Below are positions 1 through 9,288 of a DNA stretch of 23,450 nt, in pieces (the first letter of the stretch is position 1; the number at the start of each line of letters is the position of its first letter). The notes beneath the pieces are model-generated. The model ran no database searches, was not told the origin of the DNA, and worked only from the letters and a program-made list of their open reading frames with translations. The position numbers and the translations under genes were made by a program. The DNA is from a virus (lineage: Duplodnaviria; Heunggongvirae; Uroviricota; Caudoviricetes): the IMG/VR virus record IMGVR_UViG_2541047903_000002, one strand, 5' to 3'.

Positions 1-944
1 CTATGCTGTTTTGATATCTACGATAATCCAGTCTTTACCACGATCATCATTGTATCGGTCGGTCATTTTTCTGGATTTATGACCTAACAACTTTTGCGTA
101 TCCAGACCCTGTTCCCGATATAACCGTTCTGACAGAGATCGCTGCTCATGAAATGTGGGCGCAGTTCCTGGCTCCCATTTTATGCCACATTTTTCCCTGG
201 CCTTTTTAAAAGCCGTTGTAAGAGTATTTGCAGACACCTGGTCTCCTCTGTTTGCTTGAGAGGTAGTGTGACGGTAATGGACCAGATATTTACTAACAAC
301 AGCATCCCTGCACTGAGATATAACTTCACGAAGGGTAATATTCAGAGCATCGCATTTCAGGTTAAGCGGAATAGCAAGTTTTGAACCGGTTTTTTCCTGA
401 GTAATGTGCAACATGTCGTCCCAGATATCAGAGAATTTCAAATTGCAGATATCGCCTAAACGTTGTCCAGTGACAAGAGCAAGTAGCATCCCGCATTTTA
501 AATAGGGCTGCCGTCTGCTTACGCTGTCAAATATTGCCTGCCATTCGGGCAGTGATAATCTTTGGCGGTTTACTCGATTTCGCGGTTGTTTTGTTGCCTG
601 CGCTGGGTTAAATCCTGGCGGAACATGTCCTGCGTGTTGTGCTTCTTTGAAGACGTCGATCAACACCATTCTCACGACTTGCGCCATCCTGTTATGACCT
701 TCAGCCTTTACAGCATCAATTATTTCGGCAATATCAAGTGCGGTAATATCCTTGAGGTGTTGCATTCCACAATGCTCACGGAAAAGACGAATGGGTTTGC
801 CTTTTTGCCGATAGGAGTTGGGTCTTAGTTCATTATGTTGCAGCCTGTCCTCCTGGATAGAAATATATTTATCAAGCCATTCTGTCACCGTAATGTCTGA
901 GCGCCTGCCTTTCATTCTTTCTAGACGCTCATTGACGCTTAATA
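1..944 (-). pseudogene. int: Lambda-family tyrosine integrase, C-terminal core-binding and catalytic part, separated from its N-terminus by IS10
   Basis: 304-aa ORF (1..915) ends with a lambda-Int-like C-terminus (HKSRKMTDRYNDDRG...). Frame stays open up to the IS10 junction at 944 and is in phase with the N-terminal fragment at 2283..2481. Confidence 0.85.
936..944. repeat. Left copy of the 9-bp target-site duplication (CGCTTAATA) flanking IS10
   Basis: Identical 9-mer read directly on both sides of the IS10 ends. Confidence 0.8.
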
Positions 945-989
945 CTGATGAATCCCCTAATGATTTTTATCAAAATCATTAAGTTAAGG

Positions 990-1059
990 TAGATACACAT
1001 CTTGTCATATGATCAAATGGTTTCGCCAAAAATCAATAATCAGACAACAAAATGTGCGA
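990..1059 (-). ncRNA. IS10 RNA-OUT antisense RNA (position inferred from the known IS10 layout)
   Basis: Established IS10 organisation: pOUT transcript is complementary to the 5' end of the transposase mRNA. Placement relative to the tnp ATG at 1052 is inferred, not read as a defined transcript. Confidence 0.4.
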
Positions 1060-2260
1060 ACTCGATATTTTACACGACTCTCTTTACCAATTCTGCCCCG
1101 AATTACACTTAAAACGACTCAACAGCTTAACGTTGGCTTGCCACGCCTTACTTGACTGTAAAACTCTCACTCTTACCGAACTTGGCCGTAACCTGCCAAC
1201 CAAAGCGAGAACAAAACATAACATCAAACGAATCGACCGATTGTTAGGTAATCGTCACCTCCACAAAGAGCGACTCGCTGTATACCGTTGGCATGCTAGC
1301 TTTATCTGTTCGGGCAATACGATGCCCATTGTACTTGTTGACTGGTCTGATATCCGTGAGCAAAAACGGCTTATGGTATTGCGAGCTTCAGTCGCACTAC
1401 ACGGTCGTTCTGTTACTCTTTATGAGAAAGCGTTCCCGCTTTCAGAGCAATGTTCAAAGAAAGCTCATGACCAATTTCTAGCCGACCTTGCGAGCATTCT
1501 ACCGAGTAACACCACACCGCTCATTGTCAGTGATGCTGGCTTTAAAGTGCCATGGTATAAATCCGTTGAGAAGCTGGGTTGGTACTGGTTAAGTCGAGTA
1601 AGAGGAAAAGTACAATATGCAGACCTAGGAGCGGAAAACTGGAAACCTATCAGCAACTTACATGATATGTCATCTAGTCACTCAAAGACTTTAGGCTATA
1701 AGAGGCTGACTAAAAGCAATCCAATCTCATGCCAAATTCTATTGTATAAATCTCGCTCTAAAGGCCGAAAAAATCAGCGCTCGACACGGACTCATTGTCA
1801 CCACCCGTCACCTAAAATCTACTCAGCGTCGGCAAAGGAGCCATGGATTCTAGCAACTAACTTACCTGTTGAAATTCGAACACCCAAACAACTTGTTAAT
1901 ATCTATTCGAAGCGAATGCAGATTGAAGAAACCTTCCGAGACTTGAAAAGTCCTGCCTACGGACTAGGCCTACGCCATAGCCGAACGAGCAGCTCAGAGC
2001 GTTTTGATATCATGCTGCTAATCGCCCTGATGCTTCAACTAACATGTTGGCTTGCGGGCGTTCATGCTCAGAAACAAGGTTGGGACAAGCACTTCCAGGC
2101 TAACACAGTCAGAAATCGAAACGTACTCTCAACAGTTCGCTTAGGCATGGAAGTTTTGCGGCATTCTGGCTACACAATAACAAGGGAAGACTCACTCGTG
2201 GCTGCAACCCTGCTTACTCAAAATCTATTCACACATGGTTACGTTTTGGGGAAATTATGA
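1052..2260 (+). CDS. IS10 transposase
   Basis: 402-aa ORF MCELDILHDSLYQFCPELHLKRLNSLTLACHALLDCKTLTLTELGRNLPTKARTKHNIKRIDRLLGNRHLH... matches the IS10/Tn10 transposase as I recall it. Confidence 0.9.
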   Translation: MCELDILHDSLYQFCPELHLKRLNSLTLACHALLDCKTLTLTELGRNLPTKARTKHNIKRIDRLLGNRHLHKERLAVYRWHASFICSGNTMPIVLVDWSDIREQKRLMVLRASVALHGRSVTLYEKAFPLSEQCSKKAHDQFLADLASILPSNTTPLIVSDAGFKVPWYKSVEKLGWYWLSRVRGKVQYADLGAENWKPISNLHDMSSSHSKTLGYKRLTKSNPISCQILLYKSRSKGRKNQRSTRTHCHHPSPKIYSASAKEPWILATNLPVEIRTPKQLVNIYSKRMQIEETFRDLKSPAYGLGLRHSRTSSSERFDIMLLIALMLQLTCWLAGVHAQKQGWDKHFQANTVRNRNVLSTVRLGMEVLRHSGYTITREDSLVAATLLTQNLFTHGYVLGKL

Positions 2261-2273
2261 GGGGATCTCTCAG

Positions 2274-2282
2274 CGCTTAATA
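2274..2282. repeat. Right copy of the 9-bp target-site duplication (CGCTTAATA)
   Basis: Same 9-mer as 936..944, immediately after the IS10 inner end. Confidence 0.8.
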
Positions 2283-2481
2283 TTTGTCGGGTACGTTGTT
2301 CAGCAATAATGGTATTTGCTTCAGTAGCAACTTGTTTTGCTTCATTCTCATCAGTTCCTAAGCTATGAAAACGACCGGATAGTGGATGTTTGTATTGCCA
2401 ATATACCTTTCCGGTTCGCTTATCTAATTTGCAATATAAATTGGGTATAGAGATTTTGTGAGATCGGGGTCTAGCAGCCAT
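2283..2481 (-). pseudogene. int: Integrase N-terminal (arm-binding) fragment, cut off by IS10
   Basis: MAARPRSHKISIPNLYCKLDKRTGKVYWQYKHPLSG... resembles the lambda Int N-terminus. Removing IS10 plus one duplication copy restores a continuous 380-codon frame. Confidence 0.8.
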
Positions 2482-2707
2482 CAGCGATTATCCGTTGGAG
2501 TTTTGGGTTTGCGTTTATTGGGAGTTGCGGTTCTGCAAGCGTTCCTACAAAACGGGAATTTCGGTCAATCATCCAGTAGCGACCAACTTTTATAGCGGGT
2601 GGGGCCATCATTTTCCCTTGCGCGTATTTTTTCAGAACTCGCTCACTTGGTGCTAAGTCCCCAAATTCTTCTTTAGCCCAGTCCTGTAAAGTGATTAGTC
2701 GAGACAT
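2471..2707 (-). CDS. xis: Excisionase
   Basis: 78 aa, MSRLITLQDW... resembles lambda Xis (MYLTLQEW...); its 3' end overlaps the int start, the usual xis-int arrangement. Confidence 0.7.
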   Translation of the reverse strand: MSRLITLQDWAKEEFGDLAPSERVLKKYAQGKMMAPPAIKVGRYWMIDRNSRFVGTLAEPQLPINANPKLQRIIADGC

Positions 2708-2846
2708 TTGTCCTCCTCTTAGCTGCTGAGGGAGTTTGTGACCGATATATCTGACATGATATTAAGCTCATGGCAGGTACATCTCTTGACTGGTCATAGA
2801 GATAAATTTAATGCTGAGAAATGCAGTATTGAATTTATCAATTTTT

Positions 2847-3086
2847 CTATTTCCTGCGTATGGCACGTAACTTCTTAATGTGTTCTGCTGTTTCGATCTC
2901 TTCAGCTATCCGATCTGCGTCAGCTTTATTCACAGGTTCAAAGTCATGATTAAAGCGGAACATGCTGGCGATACATGTTCTGCCTTTTCGGATGTAGTGA
3001 ACTTTGTTGTGAGTGGAACGCAGGATTTTGCAGGGAGTGCCGTGGTGGTCGACGTACCAGGTGTTAGGGTAAATCACTCTGAACAT
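2847..3086 (-). CDS. Hypothetical small phage protein
   Basis: 79-aa ORF in the early-left operon orientation; no motif recognised. Confidence 0.4.
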   Translation of the reverse strand: MFRVIYPNTWYVDHHGTPCKILRSTHNKVHYIRKGRTCIASMFRFNHDFEPVNKADADRIAEEIETAEHIKKLRAIRRK

Positions 3087-3111
3087 TCTTGACCTTGTGT
3101 TGTGCGGATTG

Positions 3112-3396
3112 TTATTCAGTGCCGATATTTACCTTTATCGCGTATACCTTTACCGGTTTATCACCGAAGTGCGGATGTGTGATTGTCTTCACTTCATATC
3201 CGTCATACGGAACATCAACTCTGCGGCTGGAATCGTCGCGCTTCGGATATCCCTTTGTGATAATCAGGCGGTCATGCTTACGGTTAACGAGGCGCTTTTT
3301 CCAGTAGTCATTACACAGGCGATACTCTTCCGTTTTCTCTCCGCGAATCATGGCATCGAAGTATTCACCTTTAACGGCAAGTTGCAGGTTAGCCAC
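3112..3396 (-). CDS. ASCH-like (PUA-like) domain protein, putative
   Basis: G-E-K-T-E-E-Y-R matches the ASCH G-x-K-x-x-x-x-R signature. Start moved in frame to a GTG preceded by AAGGAG, just after the upstream stop; the track start at 3480 would overlap the upstream gene by about 90 nt. Confidence 0.45.
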   Translation of the reverse strand: MANLQLAVKGEYFDAMIRGEKTEEYRLCNDYWKKRLVNRKHDRLIITKGYPKRDDSSRRVDVPYDGYEVKTITHPHFGDKPVKVYAIKVNIGTE

Positions 3397-4129
3397 GGTT
3401 AACTCCTTGCTGTGTGGCGTCGAGTAATAAATCCCACAACCGCTGAGAGCAATTTCCGCATGTACAGCGTTGACCCACAACGTTTATCGCGTTGCTGATT
3501 TCCGGCGTTACCTGTTTAGGAACCATAACCCAACCATCCGGAGTTACCGGAAGCGAGAACGGCAGCACATCTCTGTGAACAAGTTTTTGCTGTGACAGGT
3601 TATCCAGAACTTTCTGTACTGCTGCATCACCGAATACACCAAGCGCATCTGCCATAACTCCTACAACCTGATAAGCCTCAGCGCATACCGTGGATAAACC
3701 ATCCGGAATTACCGGAGAGTTGCCGGGTTCTTTAATGTGCAAGCGAGGCTCACCATCTTTTGGCTCAGGCCACTGGCGCTCCATGTTGATCTTCAATTTA
3801 TCTTCCATAGCAACGGTAATTTCAGCATCGCTGATGCCAGCACGGCGCTGTGCATCCCACAACAGAAACTGCATATCAGCCCACTCGCTAAGATCGTCTG
3901 GTTCGGCTGCGGCTTCCAGTGCCTCTTTTGAGAGGTGTTTCAGTGGACCAATGGGGCCAACGCAGCCAAATGTGGAGTCAGACCATTTGGCATGCTCGTG
4001 GCGAATCTGTTCGCGTTCCAGTGATGCCAGTGCAATTCGTGCTAGTTCCATTTGTTCGCCACGAGTAAGCCCGTTTTCAAGCGGATTTTTAATGAACAAT
4101 TCAATACGTTCTTTGGTAATAGTGGTCAT
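3389..4129 (-). CDS. Prophage protein, probably MazG-like dATP/dGTP pyrophosphohydrolase (DUF550) N-domain with a DUF551-like C-domain
   Basis: 246 aa; assignment by recollection of this common enterobacterial prophage family, not by search. Confidence 0.5.
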   Translation of the reverse strand: MTTITKERIELFIKNPLENGLTRGEQMELARIALASLEREQIRHEHAKWSDSTFGCVGPIGPLKHLSKEALEAAAEPDDLSEWADMQFLLWDAQRRAGISDAEITVAMEDKLKINMERQWPEPKDGEPRLHIKEPGNSPVIPDGLSTVCAEAYQVVGVMADALGVFGDAAVQKVLDNLSQQKLVHRDVLPFSLPVTPDGWVMVPKQVTPEISNAINVVGQRCTCGNCSQRLWDLLLDATQQGVNRG

Positions 4130-4335
4130 GTGTTAATCCTCAAAACTTTATGCCCGGGCGCAAAAGTACGTGTTTTGTCTTTGCTTATTCGCCACCCGTC
4201 TTTACGGGCCTCTTTTGCACAACCAGACCATGACGTACCGATATACTCACCGAAGTCTGGCACTGGATATACACCTTCCGTACACTGGCGACAATCACAA
4301 TAGAGATGCATGGTGTAACTTGCGGCAATAGCCAT
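4126..4335 (-). CDS. Small Cys-containing protein (possible zinc ribbon)
   Basis: MAIAASYTMHLYCDCRQCTEG...; stop overlaps the downstream start (ATGA); start placed at an internal ATG that overlaps the stop of an upstream reading frame. Confidence 0.4.
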   Translation of the reverse strand: MAIAASYTMHLYCDCRQCTEGVYPVPDFGEYIGTSWSGCAKEARKDGWRISKDKTRTFAPGHKVLRINT

Positions 4336-4508
4336 ATCACTCTCTTTTTCCCTGAAGCATGGCAGCGTGGCAGGCATCCTCTACGCCCTTAACTGCATCT
4401 GCGCAGTAGTTATAGCGATTGCATTCCACTAACTTCTGCCTGAGATTTTCAATTGCTTGCGCGACATCAGCCTGTATTTGAAGTGGTCAACAAAAACTGG
4501 CCACCGAG

Positions 4509-5656
<1,148 letters not shown>

Positions 5657-5864
5657 TATGGCACCTGTGTTGTTCTGAGGTGAGCATATCACCTCTGTTC
5701 AGGTGGCCAAATTCAGTAAACCACTTCACTTAAATAGTGGATTGCGGTAGTAAAGATTGTGCCTGTCTTTTAACCACATCAGGCTCGGTGGTTCTCGTGT
5801 ACCCCTACAACGAGAAATCGGATAAACTCTATTCACCCCTACAGAGAGCAAAAGAGAAACGCCG

Positions 5865-6446
5865 ATGAACAACTCATGGTGGCAGGAACTAATGCATTTT
5901 TTCCTGCAAGGAATGACACTTAAACAGTTGATTCATATGCTAATCATCCTGATCATATTGATTATTGTTATGCCGGTAAGCGTAAAAGAATGGATAAACC
6001 TGCATAGTCCAGAAATCCTTCCTCATTACTGGATGTATTACATCCTGTTGTTTTGCGTTAGCTATGTGCTTAACGGCGTTGTTAATTCCGCTTATCACGC
6101 TGTGACTGAAAGAATTGAGGTATTCGCTGCTCAGAAGCGCAAATCTAAAGAAGAAAAATATGTGCAAGATTTGTTTGATTCGTTAACTCTTGGAGAAAGA
6201 GCGTATTTGGCATTCGCTGTAGCCGCTAATAACCAGCTACAAACGGAAAAGGGCGCTCATGAATCAATTTCATTGCTCAAAAAAGGACTCCTCGTTCGAA
6301 GGCCTCCTGCTGTTGGATATCCTGATACCGACCGTTTCGTTATCCCTGAAAGCTATAGACATGAGTGCTACATTAGGTTTGCCGGGAAGGCAGACAGCCT
6401 TATGGATGAACTTATCGCTCAGGATAAGCATGGCAAAAACAAGTAA
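5865..6446 (+). CDS. sieB: Putative superinfection-exclusion protein (SieB-like), membrane protein
   Basis: 193 aa with a hydrophobic N-terminal region (LIHMLIILIILIIVMPV, YILLFCVSYVLNGVV); divergent from and adjacent to N, in an AT-rich segment. Call is by position and composition. Confidence 0.5.
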   Translation: MNNSWWQELMHFFLQGMTLKQLIHMLIILIILIIVMPVSVKEWINLHSPEILPHYWMYYILLFCVSYVLNGVVNSAYHAVTERIEVFAAQKRKSKEEKYVQDLFDSLTLGERAYLAFAVAANNQLQTEKGAHESISLLKKGLLVRRPPAVGYPDTDRFVIPESYRHECYIRFAGKADSLMDELIAQDKHGKNK

Positions 6447-6462
6447 TTAGCAAATGAATTTA

Positions 6463-6735
6463 TCATCTCGCCGTCAGTTGTTTTGATTTCCGGTAGCCTG
6501 CCGCGTAAAGAGCTACGTTCGGAAGACAAGTTGAACCTTCATATTTTCTGGTCAACGTTGTCAGAGTTATCACTTCTGCTCTCATTGCTGGTTTGAGCTT
6601 GCATTGCAAGACCACTCGTGAAGGGGTTGGCCTGTGTAGCTTGTCGGAGCTGATCGCCTCCTGACTTTGCAGATTTGCGCGACGAGCTCTACGGCGAGAA
6701 GCTGCGGTGCCTTTAAATTCTGTTTTTCTGGACAT
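6463..6735 (-). CDS. N: N-type transcription antiterminator
   Basis: Arginine-rich motif GTAASRRRARRANLQ near the N-terminus; C-terminus VALYAAGYRKSKQLTAR resembles P22 gp24; GGGAGG Shine-Dalgarno before the ATG at 6735. Confidence 0.8.
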   Translation of the reverse strand: MSRKTEFKGTAASRRRARRANLQSQEAISSDKLHRPTPSRVVLQCKLKPAMRAEVITLTTLTRKYEGSTCLPNVALYAAGYRKSKQLTAR

Positions 6736-6834
6736 GGATTCCTCCCGAATAAACTTTGGCGATGCAATCTCGAAGCTCCTCCTGAGACGGTTGCTTCGGC
6801 ATTGCATCCCACAGCTTATGTGGTTGGGTGATCT

Positions 6835-6878
6835 GGCTTTTCAGCCACGTAGTCGAGAGTCGACGTTGTTTAAAGAGC
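6835..6878 (-). promoter_or_regulatory. nutL: boxA-like GCTCTTTAA plus boxB hairpin GGCUGAAAAGCC
   Basis: Read on the minus strand between pL and N; same boxA - about 23 nt - boxB layout as the site after cro. Confidence 0.6.
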
Positions 6879-6924
6879 CTGCCAGTCTGTTCCATTTGGC
6901 TTCCAGCGTCCTGCTGACGGTTAA

Positions 6925-6953
6925 ATAGTACGATATGTACTTTACAAGATCAA
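6925..6953 (-). promoter_or_regulatory. Candidate pL (-35 TTGATC, 17-bp spacer, -10 TACTAT) with an overlapping palindromic operator AGTACGATATGTACT
   Basis: Hexamers and palindrome read directly on the minus strand upstream of nutL. Confidence 0.5.
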
Positions 6954-7140
6954 TACAATTTGTTGTAAGTTGGCGTGGTTTTTTATAACGCTTTGTATTT
7001 AATAGTGTTGTTTTTTAGCGTGGATGTATTGCCTCGGCGATGTAAGGAGAGATCAGAATTGCGTGGTTTAGTGGGTTGCATCTATTTATTTTTCAATAAA
7101 TATAATTGGTTATGTGTTTTTAGGTGGGCGAACGTGAGGC

Positions 7141-7166
7141 AAAGAAAACCCGGCGCTGAGGCCGGG
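7141..7166 (-). terminator. Intrinsic terminator ending the cI-linked operon
   Basis: Minus-strand hairpin CCCGGC-CTCAGC-GCCGGG followed by TTTTCTTT, directly after the 250-aa gene. Confidence 0.6.
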
Positions 7167-7171
7167 TTGTA

Positions 7172-7924
7172 TTATGCTGCAAGTCTCTTAACCCAAGTCT
7201 CTCTTTTGGAGAATGGTAGAACTTGGCTTGATTCATGGAAGAGTAAGGAGAGTTGTTGCATTTGATCACCAATTGCTTCGCTGTCTATAACAACAAATCT
7301 GTTGTTATACTCCTCACTTGAAGCTTTAAGATCAATTAGTTTCCCAAGCAATGAGTAAGCACTATTCCAGCTTCCTCCGTGTTTCACGCTTGATGTAAAA
7401 ACGTATTTAGGTATGTCGGTTTTTATTGTTACAGGGACGGTAATTTGATGTCCACTCAAGCCATATACGTTTTCACGAAGAGAAAGTGCGTCTCTAAGCT
7501 CTGTGTGATATAGATAATCAATAACCATACTTTCAAACTTTTCAGCTTGAACTGGCTGATACCAGTCTAACGACAAAGTTGATGCGAGTATACCAGCTCT
7601 AATTATGTTCGATGTAATCGCACCGACATCCTTTTCTGTTGCCCAAGCAATGATTTCTCCTCGAGCATTGAGTTCTGCGCCTTCTTTAAGCAGTAATTGT
7701 CGTATCTCATCAAGTCGTTTTTTGGTAAGCGAGATCCCTCTTGCCTCCATATTCATTAAGGCATCGCATCTGTCACTAACTAAATACCTACCATTGACTT
7801 CACGGATAAAGGCACCGACATGCTCTCCATCATCACAGTAAGTGAATGGACTGATAATTCTCAAGGTCTTGCCTATTGGATGGCATTCGAAACCTAGTTG
7901 TGAGATCACTGTTGAGCACATCAT
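7172..7924 (-). CDS. Hypothetical protein, second gene of the cI-linked cassette
   Basis: 250-aa ORF; start ATG overlaps the stop of the upstream gene (ATGA); AT-rich; no family recognised. Confidence 0.7.
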   Translation of the reverse strand: MMCSTVISQLGFECHPIGKTLRIISPFTYCDDGEHVGAFIREVNGRYLVSDRCDALMNMEARGISLTKKRLDEIRQLLLKEGAELNARGEIIAWATEKDVGAITSNIIRAGILASTLSLDWYQPVQAEKFESMVIDYLYHTELRDALSLRENVYGLSGHQITVPVTIKTDIPKYVFTSSVKHGGSWNSAYSLLGKLIDLKASSEEYNNRFVVIDSEAIGDQMQQLSLLFHESSQVLPFSKRETWVKRLAA

Positions 7925-8478
7925 ATTCCAAACCCCATTTGCCCCGACTCATCTTCAAGCGGTAAAGGTATTCTCCCAGAGTAAGTTATGTTCAGATGTT
8001 TACAGAAGTAATTCCAATACCCTACCAGGTCATCTGGGTTTATGTCATCTTCGATTGGAAACGCTATTCTATCACTATAGTATCCAGCTTCTTCATAGTA
8101 TACATGGTAGTGAGCACCGTAAATGATATCTTGGTACTTCGGATGATCGACCTTGTAACTATTCGTGTGTTTGTCAAAGTGATAGGTATCTACCGCGAAA
8201 ACCCTCTTGTTATGATAGAAAGCAATAATATTTATTTTAGGGTAAGAAATCGGGTCATCAGGTTCTGAATCCTGATCTGGTTTCCATTTCAGTTCAAACT
8301 TTAGCCCTTGTATAGGTATACAATCCTCATCCAAGGGGATGATATGGGCTTGTAGCCACATATCAGAGCGACTTGGTTTCTGTTTCCATTTAACGCCAGA
8401 AAAGTTAACTATTTTTTTACAATAAAGTACTTTATCAACTTCTACTTGGCTTGGCTGATAATCATCTATTTTTGCCAA
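7921..8478 (-). CDS. Hypothetical protein, first gene of the cI-linked cassette
   Basis: 185-aa ORF starting 39 nt after the cI stop (track start is TTG; true start uncertain); acidic, Tyr/His-rich C-terminal half; AT-rich. Confidence 0.65.
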   Translation of the reverse strand: MAKIDDYQPSQVEVDKVLYCKKIVNFSGVKWKQKPSRSDMWLQAHIIPLDEDCIPIQGLKFELKWKPDQDSEPDDPISYPKINIIAFYHNKRVFAVDTYHFDKHTNSYKVDHPKYQDIIYGAHYHVYYEEAGYYSDRIAFPIEDDINPDDLVGYWNYFCKHLNITYSGRIPLPLEDESGQMGFGI

Positions 8479-8517
8479 TGTTTACCGCCCTGTAAATTGT
8501 AGATAAAAGTGGTTTCA

Positions 8518-9177
8518 TCACCCAAACGTCTCTTCAGGCCATTGGCTGGCGATAACTTTCCCCACAACGGAACAACTCTCATTGCATGGGATCATTGGGT
8601 ATTGTGGGTTTAGTGGCTGTAGAAACACCTGACCGCTATCCCTGATCAGTTTCTTGAAGGTAAATTCATCACCACCAAGTCTGGCTATGCAGAAATCGCC
8701 GGGCTCAACAGCTTGCTCAGGGTCAACCAGAATTAACATCCCGTCAGGAAAGCTGGGTTTGGAACCTGTTGGTGCGGTCATTGAGTTACCTTCAACCTCA
8801 AGCCAGAATGCAGAGTCACTGGCTTTTTTGGTTGTGCTTACCAATCTCTCCGCATCGCCTTTGGTAAAGGTTCTGAGTTCTGGAGAGAACATCCCAGCCT
8901 GAACATGAGAAAAAACAGGGTACTCATATTGTTTTTTAACTGGGGCCGATGAGTATTCGCCAACAGGTGAAAATGTCCCGTCGTGGTTGAATGATATGTT
9001 ATCAATACCAAGGTATTTAAACACCACACCAATATCACTAAGAGATGGATGACGAGATCCGCGCAACCAGTGTCCAATCCCACCCTGCGTCATACCTAGC
9101 TCTTCGGCTAACTTCTCTTGAGTTATGCCGAGCTCTTTCATTCTGGATCTAGCCAGTTCATACCATTTCATTTTCAT
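8518..9177 (-). CDS. cI: CI-type prophage repressor with a lambda-type C-terminal domain
   Basis: C-terminal about 135 aa ([21 protein letters not shown]...QWPEETFG) match lambda CI; N-terminal HTH domain is different. Start at M-K-M-K-W-Y (9177 or 9171). Confidence 0.85.
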   Translation of the reverse strand: MKMKWYELARSRMKELGITQEKLAEELGMTQGGIGHWLRGSRHPSLSDIGVVFKYLGIDNISFNHDGTFSPVGEYSSAPVKKQYEYPVFSHVQAGMFSPELRTFTKGDAERLVSTTKKASDSAFWLEVEGNSMTAPTGSKPSFPDGMLILVDPEQAVEPGDFCIARLGGDEFTFKKLIRDSGQVFLQPLNPQYPMIPCNESCSVVGKVIASQWPEETFG

Positions 9178-9288
9178 GTCCTTATTATTACGCTCTGTAC
9201 TGGAACCATCCATGCACAATGTGTATTTTTACTTGTATTCGCAAAGTACATATTGTATTTTTTTATTCGTGTTTACTATGGAGGGCAT
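9178..9288. promoter_or_regulatory. Right operator/promoter region between cI and cro (pRM/pR), with imperfect palindromes
   Basis: AAGTACATATTGTAT resembles the palindrome at pL; CACAATGTG and a GGAGGG Shine-Dalgarno before cro also present. Confidence 0.55.

Larger units (their letters stand above)
945..2273 (+). mobile_element. IS10 (IS4 family), 1329 bp
   Basis: Outer end CTGATGAATCCCCTAATGATTTT and inverted inner end GAAATTATGAGGGGATCTCTCAG; encodes a 402-aa transposase I recognise as IS10; length 1329 bp. Confidence 0.9.

Noticed and set aside
148-828. Plus-strand ORFs 148..384 and 562..828
   Set aside because: Antisense to the integrase catalytic fragment.
3690-4303. Plus-strand ORFs 3690..4136, 3737..3931 and 4052..4303
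   Set aside because: Antisense to the 246-aa and small leftward genes; the leftward frames fit the operon organisation and have overlapping stop-start junctions.
6582-7265. ORFs 6582..6812, 6707..6928, 6713..6895 and 6975..7265
   Set aside because: They overlap N out of frame or run through nutL, pL and the terminator hairpin; the N frame has the Shine-Dalgarno and the arginine-rich motif.
9118-9288. 5' extension of the cro ORF (track start 9118)
   Set aside because: The extension overlaps the cI start and the operator region; an ATG at 9289 with a GGAGGG Shine-Dalgarno gives a typical 71-aa Cro.
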